A stretch of DNA of 64,000 nucleotides from a bacterium. GTDB lineage: Bacteria; Patescibacteriota; Patescibacteriia; JACPHY01. Positions 1 through 10,453 of this stretch are shown piece after piece. A model generated the notes under the pieces. That model made no database searches. It saw only the letters and a program-made list of their open reading frames with translations, and was not told where the DNA came from. Made by a program: the position numbers and the translations under genes. The DNA is taken from contig JAUSKG010000022.1 of assembly GCA_030647005.1 (NCBI GenBank), positions 18,196 through 82,195 on the forward strand, given 5' to 3'. Numbering within the stretch: the stretch's first letter is position 1; every line of letters begins with the position of its first letter.

Positions 1-1368
1 TGCTCCCGCGTCGTGATCCACACAGAGCTGCGCGAGGAGCGGCCGAAGTGCCGTCCATGATTCCACCACGTGAACGTGCGGGAGGAAGCCGTACATATTG
101 TGCAATCCGAATGAGATGACCGGCACACCGAGCACTGCGGATTCAAGGCCGAGCGTCCCAGTAATCACCGCAACCGCACGCGCGCCACGCGCGACGTCGA
201 GCGCATACGCGTACGGCGAGAGCATGATGACATTCGGAATATCGAAAAGCGTCGCGTAGAAATCCCGCGGACGCCGCCCGATTGCAGGGAGGTGCTCTTT
301 CACGACGAGTCGCACACCCGCGGGAAGATTCTTCGCAAGGAATTCAATGCATGCGAGCTGCTCGTTCATTTCGGGACTCATGAGTCCCACGGACGATTCT
401 GGCTCCACATGGAGCGGAAAAAAAACATACGCCATACCCGCAAGTGCCGAAGCATCCGCGAGGGGCATCCGCATGAGACGATGGAAATCCGCGCGGACGC
501 GCGCAAGCGCACGCAACTGCTCTCCAAGGTGGTAATTGCCCATCGTCACCACCCCGCGAACACGCCGATACACTGCATGCCGAATCTGTATCCATGCCTT
601 TTTCACCAGTGCCCGCAATGACGCTTGCCGCGCGAATGACCGATAGTACGCGTCGGTGAACGGAATGCGTCGCATCGCAGCGAGCGCATCATCCGTCACC
701 ACCGCAGCCGCCTCCGCATCGCTCATCACCGTGTACCGACTCGCAATCGCCGGCACCGCAAGATACTCATCCACGCCCCACCCGTGATATGACTGGTAGT
801 ACATCAGAAAAAGCGTTCGCGTAGGAATGCGGCGGTGCCGCGCAATGGCCACACACAACTTGCCGAGCACACTCGACGTGGTACCAATAATCAACGAGGG
901 CGCGACGCGATCGAAGTACTCTTCCCAGAACTTCGCCGCACGATTAAAAAAATTGATGGATCTTTCGTACGTTGCCTGATCGCTCAACCGCGAGCGCGCA
1001 TGACCTGGCCCCGCCGCAGCAAATCCCCGCCCAAGGTGGCGATCCGCCTGGAGCGCATCGGTCGCGAGCAGGCCATAGGTGGTCTCATGCTGACGTGCAC
1101 GCTCGTAGGCGACCGTCTCGGATTCATCCACGCTGCCGTACGCAAGAAAAAAATGATGTACGGTGGTGTATGAATCGATCACTCCATCAACGTCCTGTCG
1201 CTTCCAAAATGCAACACTCGCATCATTCGTCGTCACGAGGTGAATGGCTGCACCATGGCGGCGCTTGAGCTCCCGCGCAAGCGGCACCCAGAGCCACTGC
1301 TGGTTTGTGTAGCCCCAGATGACAATACTACGAAGATGTACGGGGTGCCGCTCCTCATGATACTGCAT
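1..1368 (-). CDS. Capsule polysaccharide biosynthesis (KpsS/Capsule_synth-like) glycosyltransferase, runs off window start
   Basis: Not in ORF track (no stop in window). Manual translation: starts MQYHEERHPVHLRSIVIWG and in the same frame contains YVFFPLHVEPE, VVKEHLP and VITGTLGLES motifs typical of this family. Confidence 0.75.
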   Translation of the reverse strand, partial: MQYHEERHPVHLRSIVIWGYTNQQWLWVPLARELKRRHGAAIHLVTTNDASVAFWKRQDVDGVIDSYTTVHHFFLAYGSVDESETVAYERARQHETTYGLLATDALQADRHLGRGFAAAGPGHARSRLSDQATYERSINFFNRAAKFWEEYFDRVAPSLIIGTTSSVLGKLCVAIARHRRIPTRTLFLMYYQSYHGWGVDEYLAVPAIASRYTVMSDAEAAAVVTDDALAAMRRIPFTDAYYRSFARQASLRALVKKAWIQIRHAVYRRVRGVVTMGNYHLGEQLRALARVRADFHRLMRMPLADASALAGMAYVFFPLHVEPESSVGLMSPEMNEQLACIEFLAKNLPAGVRLVVKEHLPAIGRRPRDFYATLFDIPNVIMLSPYAYALDVARGARAVAVITGTLGLESAVLGVPVISFGLHNMYGFLPHVHVVESWTALRPLLAQLCVDHDAGA

Positions 1369-1377
1369 AGATGCGCA

Positions 1378-1623
1378 TCACTCGCTCGCCGATGTCGCCG
1401 CACGCTGCGCAAGCGTCGCCCATACTATCGGGTACGACACCATCGCGATGATCTCGGCATCCGTGAATACGACTCCATACCGCTGCTCAATAGTGGTGAC
1501 GAGCGATAAGTGACGCAACGAATCCCATACCGCAACCGTTTCCATCGCGGTCGCCGTACCGATATCCGCCACGTCAACCCCGAGCACCGATGCGAAAAGC
1601 TGTTTAAGTTCTTGTTCCTGCAT
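1378..1623 (-). CDS. Acyl carrier protein
   Basis: 81 aa MQEQELKQLFASVLGV...WDSLRHLSLV; DSL phosphopantetheine serine motif; next to FkbH and AcpS. Confidence 0.9.
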   Translation of the reverse strand: MQEQELKQLFASVLGVDVADIGTATAMETVAVWDSLRHLSLVTTIEQRYGVVFTDAEIIAMVSYPIVWATLAQRAATSASE

Positions 1624-3370
1624 AGTGTACGGTGACGTACGGGACCGAATTGATGGTATCTGACGTGCAATCCAATGCGTACCGACGGGCACCGTCGTAC
1701 ACATCCACCCGCATGAACCCGAGACGGTCGTAAAAATCGGCGGCAGGCGCGTTCTTCGCGGAGGAGACGTATGAAGATCGCACCAGTCGCACCCCTTCCG
1801 CGCGAAGCACATCAACGATACACCGCGCGAACGCATATTCCAATGAGCGACCGATCACGCGACAGCTCATGAGGAATGTGTCGAAGTCGGCAACGTCACG
1901 GTCAATCCGTACAATACAGCATCCCGTCACTCCATACTCGCCGAACCGATCTGCCGCGTCGAACGTAAAGCACCGATACGCGGGATTGGCAACAAACGAC
2001 GTTATCTCGCCTTCCGTGTAGCGCTTCGTCGTGCAATTGAATTGGTTCGTTTTCTGAGTAAGCTGCACCATGCGTGGAATCAGCCGCGCGTCATCTACAC
2101 GCACAACGATGCGGAGATCAAGCGATTGCAGAAATTGCTCCGTGCTGACAAAGGACTGCTGTGCGACATTGCGCTGCTCCTCTACACGATACTGCTCCGT
2201 TTTCTGCGTATCCTCTATCGTCACCAAGCGACGATCGAACAACCGCGCAACTGCACGCATGCGTTGTGGATACTCGTGCAGCGCAAGAGGCACCTGCACC
2301 GCCGTCACTTCCGGGCACACCGCACGCACATGTGCAATCTCCACACTCGAATCGTCAATAAATACAACGCTCTCTAACCCCACATGGAGCGTCGAGGCAA
2401 TCGCGCGAAGGTTCGTCACTTTATCCTCCCAGTTCACCAGCTTCGCGGCAATATGTTCATCCCGCAGCACCATGTGCGGGTGTGCCCGAAGCACCGCATC
2501 GACATCTTCAGGATTGTTCTTGCTCGCAAGTGCGATGAGTACTCCACGGCGCTCAAGTGCGCGTGCGAGGTACTGTACCTCTGTATACATCGCACCGTGT
2601 GCAGTCGCAGGATCAAGCGTAATACCATCCACACCGTCCTCCCCCACCGCACCACCCCATAACGTACCGTCACAATCAAAAACGATGACCTTCTTCACAT
2701 CGCCACGCATGGCCCGAATCATTGGCACGAGACGCGCTGCATACGCATGAGCGAATGTCGGTGTATACGGTGCCAATGCGGAAGCGTAGAATCGTCGGTC
2801 GAGGGCGGTCGCGGTCCCAATCTCGGAAAAAATATTATCCACGGACACCGTGACGACATTGGGCAACGCTACGGCAGCAAGGTGCCGATTGAGACGCGCA
2901 GCAAGTTCCTCCAGGCGCCGATCACCTACTACCGCGAGCGAAAAAGCTGTTGCGGTAAACTCATGTACGATCACGAGCGGCACGCGGGCAAGTGACGAAA
3001 GCACCGTATGAAGCGTCTGCTCCGTATGCACTGCCAACGCCTCAACCGCGTCATCGGACATCATTGCAATACGATAGTGAAAACCGCTCGTGAGCCGAGC
3101 GAGCTCCCACCAAAGGATGACGCACGGCACATCACCAATGTGCGCACTCTCCTGCACGAACGCATCGAGACCGCCAGCCCGACATCGCGCAGGCACGCCA
3201 ACAGAGCGTAAATGATACTCGATAATATCAAAAAGCGGAGCAGTGATAATATTGCTCAAAACAGTAATGTCATACGCGCTTGCATCCGTAATCAAACGCC
3301 CGAGCGATCGGTTACGATCCATGAGCGCATCCAACGGAACGAGGGCATCAAATGGCGTGTCTTCATGCAT
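1604..3370 (-). CDS. FkbH-like HAD-IIIC glyceryl transferase/phosphatase
   Basis: KVIVFDCDGTLWGG, ASKNN, FIDDS, QLTQKTNQFN, FLMSCRVIGR motifs. Confidence 0.92.
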   Translation of the reverse strand: MHEDTPFDALVPLDALMDRNRSLGRLITDASAYDITVLSNIITAPLFDIIEYHLRSVGVPARCRAGGLDAFVQESAHIGDVPCVILWWELARLTSGFHYRIAMMSDDAVEALAVHTEQTLHTVLSSLARVPLVIVHEFTATAFSLAVVGDRRLEELAARLNRHLAAVALPNVVTVSVDNIFSEIGTATALDRRFYASALAPYTPTFAHAYAARLVPMIRAMRGDVKKVIVFDCDGTLWGGAVGEDGVDGITLDPATAHGAMYTEVQYLARALERRGVLIALASKNNPEDVDAVLRAHPHMVLRDEHIAAKLVNWEDKVTNLRAIASTLHVGLESVVFIDDSSVEIAHVRAVCPEVTAVQVPLALHEYPQRMRAVARLFDRRLVTIEDTQKTEQYRVEEQRNVAQQSFVSTEQFLQSLDLRIVVRVDDARLIPRMVQLTQKTNQFNCTTKRYTEGEITSFVANPAYRCFTFDAADRFGEYGVTGCCIVRIDRDVADFDTFLMSCRVIGRSLEYAFARCIVDVLRAEGVRLVRSSYVSSAKNAPAADFYDRLGFMRVDVYDGARRYALDCTSDTINSVPYVTVHYAGTRT

Positions 3371-3866
3371 ACGAACGCACCGCACGCTGTGCAGTGGTTG
3401 CCTGACGAGCACTGCGAACCCTGTACGCGATCGCGTATGCAATCGCATGCTGGTCGCAATGAGCCATGCTCACACTCACCGTTATACCCACTGCCGCTGG
3501 ATGGTTGATACGCACCGTCGGCGCTCCACTCGCTCCACGAACAATCTCAATACGTGCAAGAGGTATCGGCTGACACCCAAGAGCACCAAGGGCCTTCACC
3601 ACCGCCTCCTTTGCACTAAACCGCGCAGCAAGACGCTGCGCGGCAGGTTGCTGCGCGTACGCATCCGCAAGCTCCCCCACCGTGAAGATGCGCGCGAGCA
3701 TTCGACCATCACGCGCGCGATCAAGCTCGTAAAACCGCGCAATGGCGACGATATCAACGCCGGCACCAACCTGCGATCGCACGGACGTCCGCTCAACGTG
3801 TGAGCGGGTCCACTCCTGAAGCGTGCGGAGGGTCCACTCCCGCTTGGTTCGTGGCTTGATGGGCAT
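3363..3866 (-). CDS. acpS: Holo-ACP synthase (4'-phosphopantetheinyl transferase)
   Basis: GVDIVAIARF, LAARFSAKEAVVKAL, VSMAH motifs; start uncertain. Confidence 0.88.
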   Translation of the reverse strand: MPIKPRTKREWTLRTLQEWTRSHVERTSVRSQVGAGVDIVAIARFYELDRARDGRMLARIFTVGELADAYAQQPAAQRLAARFSAKEAVVKALGALGCQPIPLARIEIVRGASGAPTVRINHPAAVGITVSVSMAHCDQHAIAYAIAYRVRSARQATTAQRAVRSYA

Positions 3867-4416
3867 AATATTCACGATCAAGTAATCCGAAGAGATGGAC
3901 ATCGTGGTAGCTCCCATCTTTAAACACCTCACTGCGCCGCACGCCTTCATGCTGAAACCCAAGTGTGCGGCAGTACAATTGTGCGACTGCCTCTGATAGG
4001 GAACCGCCACCCACTCTGTGCATGTGTAATCCATTGAATGCATGCGCAAGTATGAGTTGGTGGGATTCTACAAAATTGCCAAGGTTACGATGCGTACGCT
4101 CACCAATCACGACCGCAATGGCGCACGTTTGATGGAACCAATCAATCGTATCGAGGGAAATAATCCCGATCAACACCGCGCTCGCTCGGTGCACGATGCC
4201 AAGCTGCAACTTCGTGCGGTTCCCAGCGATCGCCTCACGAAAGTATACACGCTGCGCCTCTCGAGTATTGGGAACATAGCGCTGCTGCATCGCAGCAGTC
4301 GTATCTGGATCGTTGAACCAACGATACCAATTGGTACGATCGATGAGGTCCTCGTCCATCGCGACAAGGTCGATGCTCTTGCCTGTAAGAAACACGTCGT
4401 ATTGTAGAGTATCCAT
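3793..4416 (-). CDS. GNAT N-acyltransferase (RimJ/PseH-like)
   Basis: WFNDP, IGIISL, AFNGLHMHRV, LGFQHEGVRR motifs. Confidence 0.82.
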   Translation of the reverse strand: MDTLQYDVFLTGKSIDLVAMDEDLIDRTNWYRWFNDPDTTAAMQQRYVPNTREAQRVYFREAIAGNRTKLQLGIVHRASAVLIGIISLDTIDWFHQTCAIAVVIGERTHRNLGNFVESHQLILAHAFNGLHMHRVGGGSLSEAVAQLYCRTLGFQHEGVRRSEVFKDGSYHDVHLFGLLDREYYAHQATNQAGVDPPHASGVDPLTR

Positions 4417-4433
4417 ACCAGCAATAGCATTCC

Positions 4434-5783
4434 TCACCACGCACGATGCCCAGATTGCTCCCCCGTCAACGCACGCTCCCCCGTGATCGCCCGCCGATGC
4501 AGGAAGACCTTTTCAAACGCCGCGACGATGTCATCGAGGTCCTGCCGCGAGAGTCCGGGGTGCATGAGTTCACTGATAAAAAGATCCGATGCGTGCATAC
4601 GCTCGGCAACGGGACAGCTCCCCGCTGCGTACGTCGCGAGCGCGCTCGGATGTGCGAGCGTGAACGGGTATCCACTGCGGCCGAATGCGATGCGCCGCTG
4701 AAAGAGGGGCAATTGATAGAGTGGTGTGCAGTACCCTCCCCATATTCGCACGCCGAGGTCCTCGTGGTTTTTGGTTGGAGCCAGCTCAGCGCGCACCGCG
4801 TCGAGGAATGCATCACGCGAGCACCCGGCAACGTCGCTCCGAAATAGGAACGGCTGCTCATAATACACGTGGACCGCATCGGGCCGAGCGACCGCCGGCA
4901 TCAGTGCAGGAATCGTACGCAGGCGCTCGGTGAGGTATGCGCAATTGTCGAGCCGCTCCCGCACGAACGCATCGAGCTTCCGGAGCTGACATCGGCTGAT
5001 CGCCGCCTCTACTTCCGTCATGCGAATGTTGCACCCAACCATGTTCACGAGATCTGTCTCGCCTTTGTCACCCACCACCGCCTCCGCGTGATTGCGGATG
5101 AGTCGCACGCGGTTTGCGAGCGCATCATCATCGGTCACGACGACCCCTCCCTCCCCGGCCTGGATGTGTTTATGGCAGTTGAGCGAGAAGACGCCAACGT
5201 CGCCGAGTGTACCCGCATGGCGTCCACGATAGCGCGCGCCGGGTGCCTGCGCCGCGTCCTCAATGACGATGAGGTGATGCTCACGCGCAATCGCGGCGAT
5301 GACATCCGCATCGTATGGCTGCCCGAAAAGGTCTACCACGATGATCGCTTTCGTTCGCGGCGTGATCCGTGCGCGCACGGATGCAGGATCGAGACAAAAA
5401 TACTCTGGCTCGATGTCCGCAAACACGGGGATACCGCCGTACCAGAGTGGCACCGTCGCAGACGCGCTCATGGTGTACGGGGAGACAATCACCTCATCGC
5501 CCGGGCTGATCCCCGCTGCCCCCACCGCAGCCATGAGTCCCGAGGTGGCAGAGTTCACCGCGATCGCGTGGCGCACGCCGAATCGCTGCGCCCACTCTTC
5601 CTCGAGCGCACGCACTTCCGGGCCGCCAAAAAACCGCGCATCCCACGAGCCGAGGAACCCGGAGAGCGTACCGCTCTCGAGCACACGCGCGACTGCCGCC
5701 TGTTCCTCCGCGCCGATGGTGCGATAATCGGGAAACGGGTGTCGCCGGACCGGAGTGCCGCCATGGAGTGCGAGTATTGACAT
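4434..5783 (-). CDS. DegT/DnrJ/EryC1/StrS PLP sugar aminotransferase
   Basis: AVNSATSGL, IEDAAQAPG, FSLNCHKHIQAGEGG. Confidence 0.93.
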   Translation of the reverse strand: MSILALHGGTPVRRHPFPDYRTIGAEEQAAVARVLESGTLSGFLGSWDARFFGGPEVRALEEEWAQRFGVRHAIAVNSATSGLMAAVGAAGISPGDEVIVSPYTMSASATVPLWYGGIPVFADIEPEYFCLDPASVRARITPRTKAIIVVDLFGQPYDADVIAAIAREHHLIVIEDAAQAPGARYRGRHAGTLGDVGVFSLNCHKHIQAGEGGVVVTDDDALANRVRLIRNHAEAVVGDKGETDLVNMVGCNIRMTEVEAAISRCQLRKLDAFVRERLDNCAYLTERLRTIPALMPAVARPDAVHVYYEQPFLFRSDVAGCSRDAFLDAVRAELAPTKNHEDLGVRIWGGYCTPLYQLPLFQRRIAFGRSGYPFTLAHPSALATYAAGSCPVAERMHASDLFISELMHPGLSRQDLDDIVAAFEKVFLHRRAITGERALTGEQSGHRAW

Positions 5784-5795
5784 ACCTACGGAGCA

Positions 5796-6818
5796 CTATC
5801 CGTTCCTCAACACGACTCGTTTCCCATCCTTTTGCGCGCTCTGCTCAAGTGCACGAATCACCATGAGGACGCGGAGTGCATCCTCGCCTGTGCTCACCGG
5901 CACATCCCGCCCCTCAAGGCAATCCACGATGTGCGGGAGGACAGGCGTAAGGAAGCTCCGTGGCGGGCCGACGCGCTTCACGCGCTCGTCGTTGAGCTCT
6001 CGGTAGCTCGAATACTCATCGCTCGCACGGGTGCCGATGATCTCGATGGTCAGCCCCGACTCATGCTTGAGATTCATGCGCCCCTTCTCACCAAAAAAAC
6101 TCATCTCGGAGAGCGAATACTGTGCCGAATCAAAATACTGCAACGCCGCAGTGGCCCCGTCAAATCCGAGCAGCGCATCCACGCGCACATCGTGCGGATC
6201 GCGCGGATACACGGTGCTAGGAACCGCACTCACCCACCGCACGTTCCCAAGAAAATACCGCAGGAGATCAATGAAATGCGTACCCCCATGGTACAGTCCC
6301 TTATCGTACGACGCAACCGCCATGCGCACGGGCCCGAGGAACGTATCACGCACGTATCCGCCGCGGAGATTCTCGCGGAACTTCCGAATCCACGGATCAA
6401 ACCGGCGGCTGTGATTGACAAAAAGCGGAACTCGGTACGTCCGGCAGGCGCGAATGGCCTCGCGCGCCTCCTGCACATCGTGCGCAATCGGTTTCTCGCA
6501 GAGGATCGCCTGTACGCGGTGCTTTGCGGCGAGCCGCACCAGTGCGCAGTGCGATTCCGGGGACGTCGCGATGATGACAATGTCGGGTTGAACGGTCACG
6601 AGCATCCGCGCGATGTCCGAGAAGCGCGGCACATCGGGATAGAGCTGCTTCGCGCGCGCGAGCGATCGCCGATCCGTATCCGCGAGTGCCGCGAGTGACG
6701 TGCGCCGATACATCGTCGCGGCCTGCGCGTGGCTCGCCGGCGCAATACGCAACGGATCGAGCTGCGCACCGAGCCCAATCCATCCGCATCCAATAACCGC
6801 GACCGTATATTTTTTCAT
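5796..6818 (-). CDS. Gfo/Idh/MocA oxidoreductase
   Basis: VAVIGCGWIG, ILCEKPIA, VNHSRRF, GTHFIDL. Confidence 0.9.
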   Translation of the reverse strand: MKKYTVAVIGCGWIGLGAQLDPLRIAPASHAQAATMYRRTSLAALADTDRRSLARAKQLYPDVPRFSDIARMLVTVQPDIVIIATSPESHCALVRLAAKHRVQAILCEKPIAHDVQEAREAIRACRTYRVPLFVNHSRRFDPWIRKFRENLRGGYVRDTFLGPVRMAVASYDKGLYHGGTHFIDLLRYFLGNVRWVSAVPSTVYPRDPHDVRVDALLGFDGATAALQYFDSAQYSLSEMSFFGEKGRMNLKHESGLTIEIIGTRASDEYSSYRELNDERVKRVGPPRSFLTPVLPHIVDCLEGRDVPVSTGEDALRVLMVIRALEQSAQKDGKRVVLRNG

Positions 6819-7582
6819 ACCGTGTACCCCACGCGATTGATGTCCGGCTGCTGTGCCGATGTAAAAATCTCGGGGTGCGCATCCGCGAGCGCAAGGACGT
6901 CATCAATGTCAAAACTCGAATCTGTGGAATGGAACCGTTCGTAGATCGCCCGCATCATGCCGAGATCTGCTGGAGTATCAAGGAGGAGCGTAAGTGCGGG
7001 GCGATGGTATTGCGGCGGTGCAGTGTAGCGATAGATGGAAAACGCGTCCGAGTGATTCCGAATGAAGTAGTTCACGTGCTCGAAGTTATCCAGATTGTTC
7101 CGGTGTGGCTCCTCCTGTGCCATCGCATGCGCGCGTTGGAGCGCAGGGAAGCGCACCACCTGCACATCAATACCCTGTGGGAAGGTATCCTCAAGACAAT
7201 TGGAGAGGAAGTCGCACCTCCGTGCAAAGAATGCTGCAACCCCGCGATCAAGCACCATCGGCGAGATACACGGGCAATCCCCCGTCACGAGGACGAGCAC
7301 ATCCGCGCCCGCCGATGCGCCAGCACCAACGACGCGCCCGAGGACATCGGTCTCGCTCCCGCGGAACGTGCGCGCGCCAAACCGCTCCGCGATAGCGATA
7401 ATGGCATCATCGCGTTGCTCGGTGCTCGTCGCCACCACCACTTCATCAATCCGCTGTGCGCGCTGGACGCGCTCGATCACCGCGCCGAGTGCTGGCAACC
7501 CTGGGAGAAGCTCCAGGGCCATCTTCCCGGGAAGTCGCGTCGCGCCCATCCGCGCTTCGATCGTGGCAACAACCTTCGACAT
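6815..7582 (-). CDS. SpsF-type cytidylyltransferase-family protein (copy 1)
   Basis: IEARMGATRLPGK, FRGSETDVLGR, VTGDCP, EHV. Confidence 0.88.
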   Translation of the reverse strand: MSKVVATIEARMGATRLPGKMALELLPGLPALGAVIERVQRAQRIDEVVVATSTEQRDDAIIAIAERFGARTFRGSETDVLGRVVGAGASAGADVLVLVTGDCPCISPMVLDRGVAAFFARRCDFLSNCLEDTFPQGIDVQVVRFPALQRAHAMAQEEPHRNNLDNFEHVNYFIRNHSDAFSIYRYTAPPQYHRPALTLLLDTPADLGMMRAIYERFHSTDSSFDIDDVLALADAHPEIFTSAQQPDINRVGYTV

Positions 7583-7584
7583 AC

Positions 7585-9405
7585 TCACGCGCACGCAGCA
7601 AGAAACAACTGCGCATTGATGACGTTGAACAAAAACTTGCTGGTACTGTTGGGCAGCGGGTTCGCATCCATGAGTTCCGCGACGGCGCGACGATCCACGA
7701 GGTCAAAAATCCGGCCCGGCGCGAGGATCCGCTCGCGAACCGCACCGTCGCGCAGATCAATGAGCGATGCAAGAGAAACGTTGAATCCCTTCTTCTGGCG
7801 ATCAAGCCGCACGCGGTCGTGCAGCGTACCGCGCATGGCCTCGCGGAGCACGTACTTGCCGTACCCGTCACGAATGAGGTGCTCTGCGGGAATGCGGAAC
7901 GCGAACTCGCAGAGACGCGTGTCGAGGTATGGACTGCGGTTCTCCACCGAGTAGTACATCGAATTCAAATCGTCCTCGCGCAGAATCACCGGCACCACTT
8001 CATGAAACAACTCATTGAGCATCCGGTTACGCAGGAGCGAATCGCAAAAGATGTGTTCGCGAAATTCCTCACGGAAGTCCACGGTCACGTACTGCAGGAA
8101 CCGGTCACGTTCATCGTACACATGGCCGCGGAACTGTCTATCGGCACTGTAGAGATCGGGATCCCGCAACAGCGGATTGCGCACCATGGGTGCCACATGC
8201 GTGATGAAATCACTCCGCGCGCGTGCATACGCCGGATGATTTCGCATCTCATAGAGGTGGAGCGGAAAATGATCGTAGTAGCCCGTTACCAGCTCGTCTG
8301 CCGCAGTGCCAGAGATCGCAACGCGGTAGCCGGCATGCGCGATTGCCTCGGACAGGTAGGAATGCACGAAGTATGAAATGGTCGCAATCGGCGCATCGTG
8401 GTACGCAATGAGCTGCTCGAGGCGCTCAAAAAAACCCGGCTGCGGAAACGGGATGGCGGTGTGCACGCTCCCAATATCCGCAACGATTTCCTGAATGTTC
8501 GGCTCCTCATTATAGCGTGGATCGTGATCAATGACGGAGAATGTGGCGACGCGATATCCAAACTCCTTCGCCGCGATGGAGGCAAGTGATGCCGAGTCCA
8601 CACCGCCGCTCAAACAGAACGCGAGCGGAACATCCGCACGGAGACGGATGCGCATACTCTCGAGCAGTCGCGCACGGAATCCCTCCACTGCGTCTGCAAG
8701 CGTCATGTCTTGGAGTGTGCAGTGCGGCTGCCAGTAGCGATACGAACGCACGGCACCATCCGACTGAACAATGACGTTCGTCGCGTAAGGCACCTCGCGC
8801 ACACCCTGAAAAAACGTCTCCGACCCCTTCATGAGCGACTTGTACCCGTTCACCAGATACCGAAGCACCTGCGGCGTATTCACGACGAGACGCTGTCCAG
8901 ACAGTGCTGCAAGGAATTTGATCTCGGAGCCGAACAACACGCCTCCTGTCGTCTCGAGAAGATACAGCGGCTTCTCGCCAAACCGATCACGCGAAAGAAA
9001 CACCGTCTGCGAGCGCGCGTCGTGAATCGCAAACGCCCACATCCCCTCAAAATCATCCACGCAGCGTTCACCGAAGGTGAGGTACGATTGAAGGAGCACC
9101 TCGGAATCGGAAGTCGTACGGAACACGATACCACGCGCTTCGAGGCACTTCCGGAGCTCAAGGTAGTTGTAAATTTCACCGTTGAAAATGAGCGTGCAAC
9201 CCCCGATGGTCATGGGGAGGTGCGCGCGGGGATCGAGATCAATGATACTCAAACGCGTATGGAGGAACACGCACATGCGATCGCGCATAGGCAAGCGCAC
9301 GAAACGCTGCGCGTCCGGACCGCGACGGTGCATGGTTGCCAATGTGGCAACCGCGCGCGTGTCGTCCGGGGGTTGTGTTCCGATGTAGCCGGCGATGCCG
9401 CACAT
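7585..9405 (-). CDS. asnB: Asparagine synthase-family glutamine amidotransferase (glycan amidation)
   Basis: N-terminal MCGIAG, RGPD, FNGEIYN, RDRFGEKPL, LSGGVDS. Confidence 0.92.
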   Translation of the reverse strand: MCGIAGYIGTQPPDDTRAVATLATMHRRGPDAQRFVRLPMRDRMCVFLHTRLSIIDLDPRAHLPMTIGGCTLIFNGEIYNYLELRKCLEARGIVFRTTSDSEVLLQSYLTFGERCVDDFEGMWAFAIHDARSQTVFLSRDRFGEKPLYLLETTGGVLFGSEIKFLAALSGQRLVVNTPQVLRYLVNGYKSLMKGSETFFQGVREVPYATNVIVQSDGAVRSYRYWQPHCTLQDMTLADAVEGFRARLLESMRIRLRADVPLAFCLSGGVDSASLASIAAKEFGYRVATFSVIDHDPRYNEEPNIQEIVADIGSVHTAIPFPQPGFFERLEQLIAYHDAPIATISYFVHSYLSEAIAHAGYRVAISGTAADELVTGYYDHFPLHLYEMRNHPAYARARSDFITHVAPMVRNPLLRDPDLYSADRQFRGHVYDERDRFLQYVTVDFREEFREHIFCDSLLRNRMLNELFHEVVPVILREDDLNSMYYSVENRSPYLDTRLCEFAFRIPAEHLIRDGYGKYVLREAMRGTLHDRVRLDRQKKGFNVSLASLIDLRDGAVRERILAPGRIFDLVDRRAVAELMDANPLPNSTSKFLFNVINAQLFLAACA

Positions 9406-9409
9406 AATG

Positions 9410-10453
9410 CTACACGGGCAACGAACGCTCCGGCATGCACTCTTCTATACACTGTGGATCCAAAACCGTTCCCGCCACTACGGCACGTCGAAGACGCTTC
9501 CCGATAATCCCAAGCTCCTGCCCTGGCGCAAAAGGTCCCGCGGGGCGCACCCACGTCAGGTGTGCGGCTGACAGCACGATTCCTTCCGGGAGATCTTCTG
9601 CAGCGACTACCGCCCGACGGAATGCGCTCCTACCCACTTCCTCACATGGCTGTGGCACCTTCACGCCGCTTCCCATCATCAACTCTACCGCACGGATGCG
9701 TTCGACGAGTACTCGGATCTCATCCGGAGTTGCGGAGAGCTGATGGTCGCGAAAATCTGAGTAGTCGTGCGCAAGCGTGAAATGCTTCTCGACGATCCGC
9801 GCGCCGATCGCGACCGCTGCAACCGCCGCATCATTCCCCATGGTGTGATCCGAGTATCCGATGGTGGAATGTGGAAATTGCTCCCGTAGCGTCGAGATCG
9901 CCCCAAGATTCGCCTGTCCCGGCGGTACCGGATACGATGCGACGCAATGGAGGAGCGCATGATCTCCAGATACGCCACGCGCCGCCCACGCTCCCTGTAC
10001 GTGAGCGACTGCCACACGGATCTCGTCTACCGTCGCAGCACCAGTCGAAAAAATAACTGGCTTTCCCGTATGTGCGATGACCTCGATCATCGGCAGGAAT
10101 GTCAGATCACCCGAGGCGACTTTGTATGCAGGGACGAGCGCATCAAGAAATGCCGCACTCTCACAATCGAATGGGGTTGAAAGAAAGAGCACGCCCGCCC
10201 GTTGCGCAACAGTAGCGAGATGCCGAAAGTCATCATACGAAAGCTGAAAACGGCGTAGCTGCGCAAGACGCCGCTCATCCGTGCGCGCAACAAGTCGCTC
10301 CGGAACAATGGTCTGAAACTTCACCGCGTCCACTCCTGCGAGAGCGGCGCGACCAATGAGGTCTTCTGCAAGCGCACGCGAACCCTCGTGATTATTGCCA
10401 ATCTCTGCAATCACGAATACACGCGATGCAGTATTGTGATGACCAATCATCAT
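9410..10453 (-). CDS. N-acylneuraminate/nonulosonate synthase (NeuB family, copy 1) with SAF domain
   Basis: IAEIGNNHEG, DAVKFQ, KVASGD, LHCVASYP, GYSDHT, VEKHFTL. Confidence 0.92.
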   Translation of the reverse strand: MMIGHHNTASRVFVIAEIGNNHEGSRALAEDLIGRAALAGVDAVKFQTIVPERLVARTDERRLAQLRRFQLSYDDFRHLATVAQRAGVLFLSTPFDCESAAFLDALVPAYKVASGDLTFLPMIEVIAHTGKPVIFSTGAATVDEIRVAVAHVQGAWAARGVSGDHALLHCVASYPVPPGQANLGAISTLREQFPHSTIGYSDHTMGNDAAVAAVAIGARIVEKHFTLAHDYSDFRDHQLSATPDEIRVLVERIRAVELMMGSGVKVPQPCEEVGRSAFRRAVVAAEDLPEGIVLSAAHLTWVRPAGPFAPGQELGIIGKRLRRAVVAGTVLDPQCIEECMPERSLPV

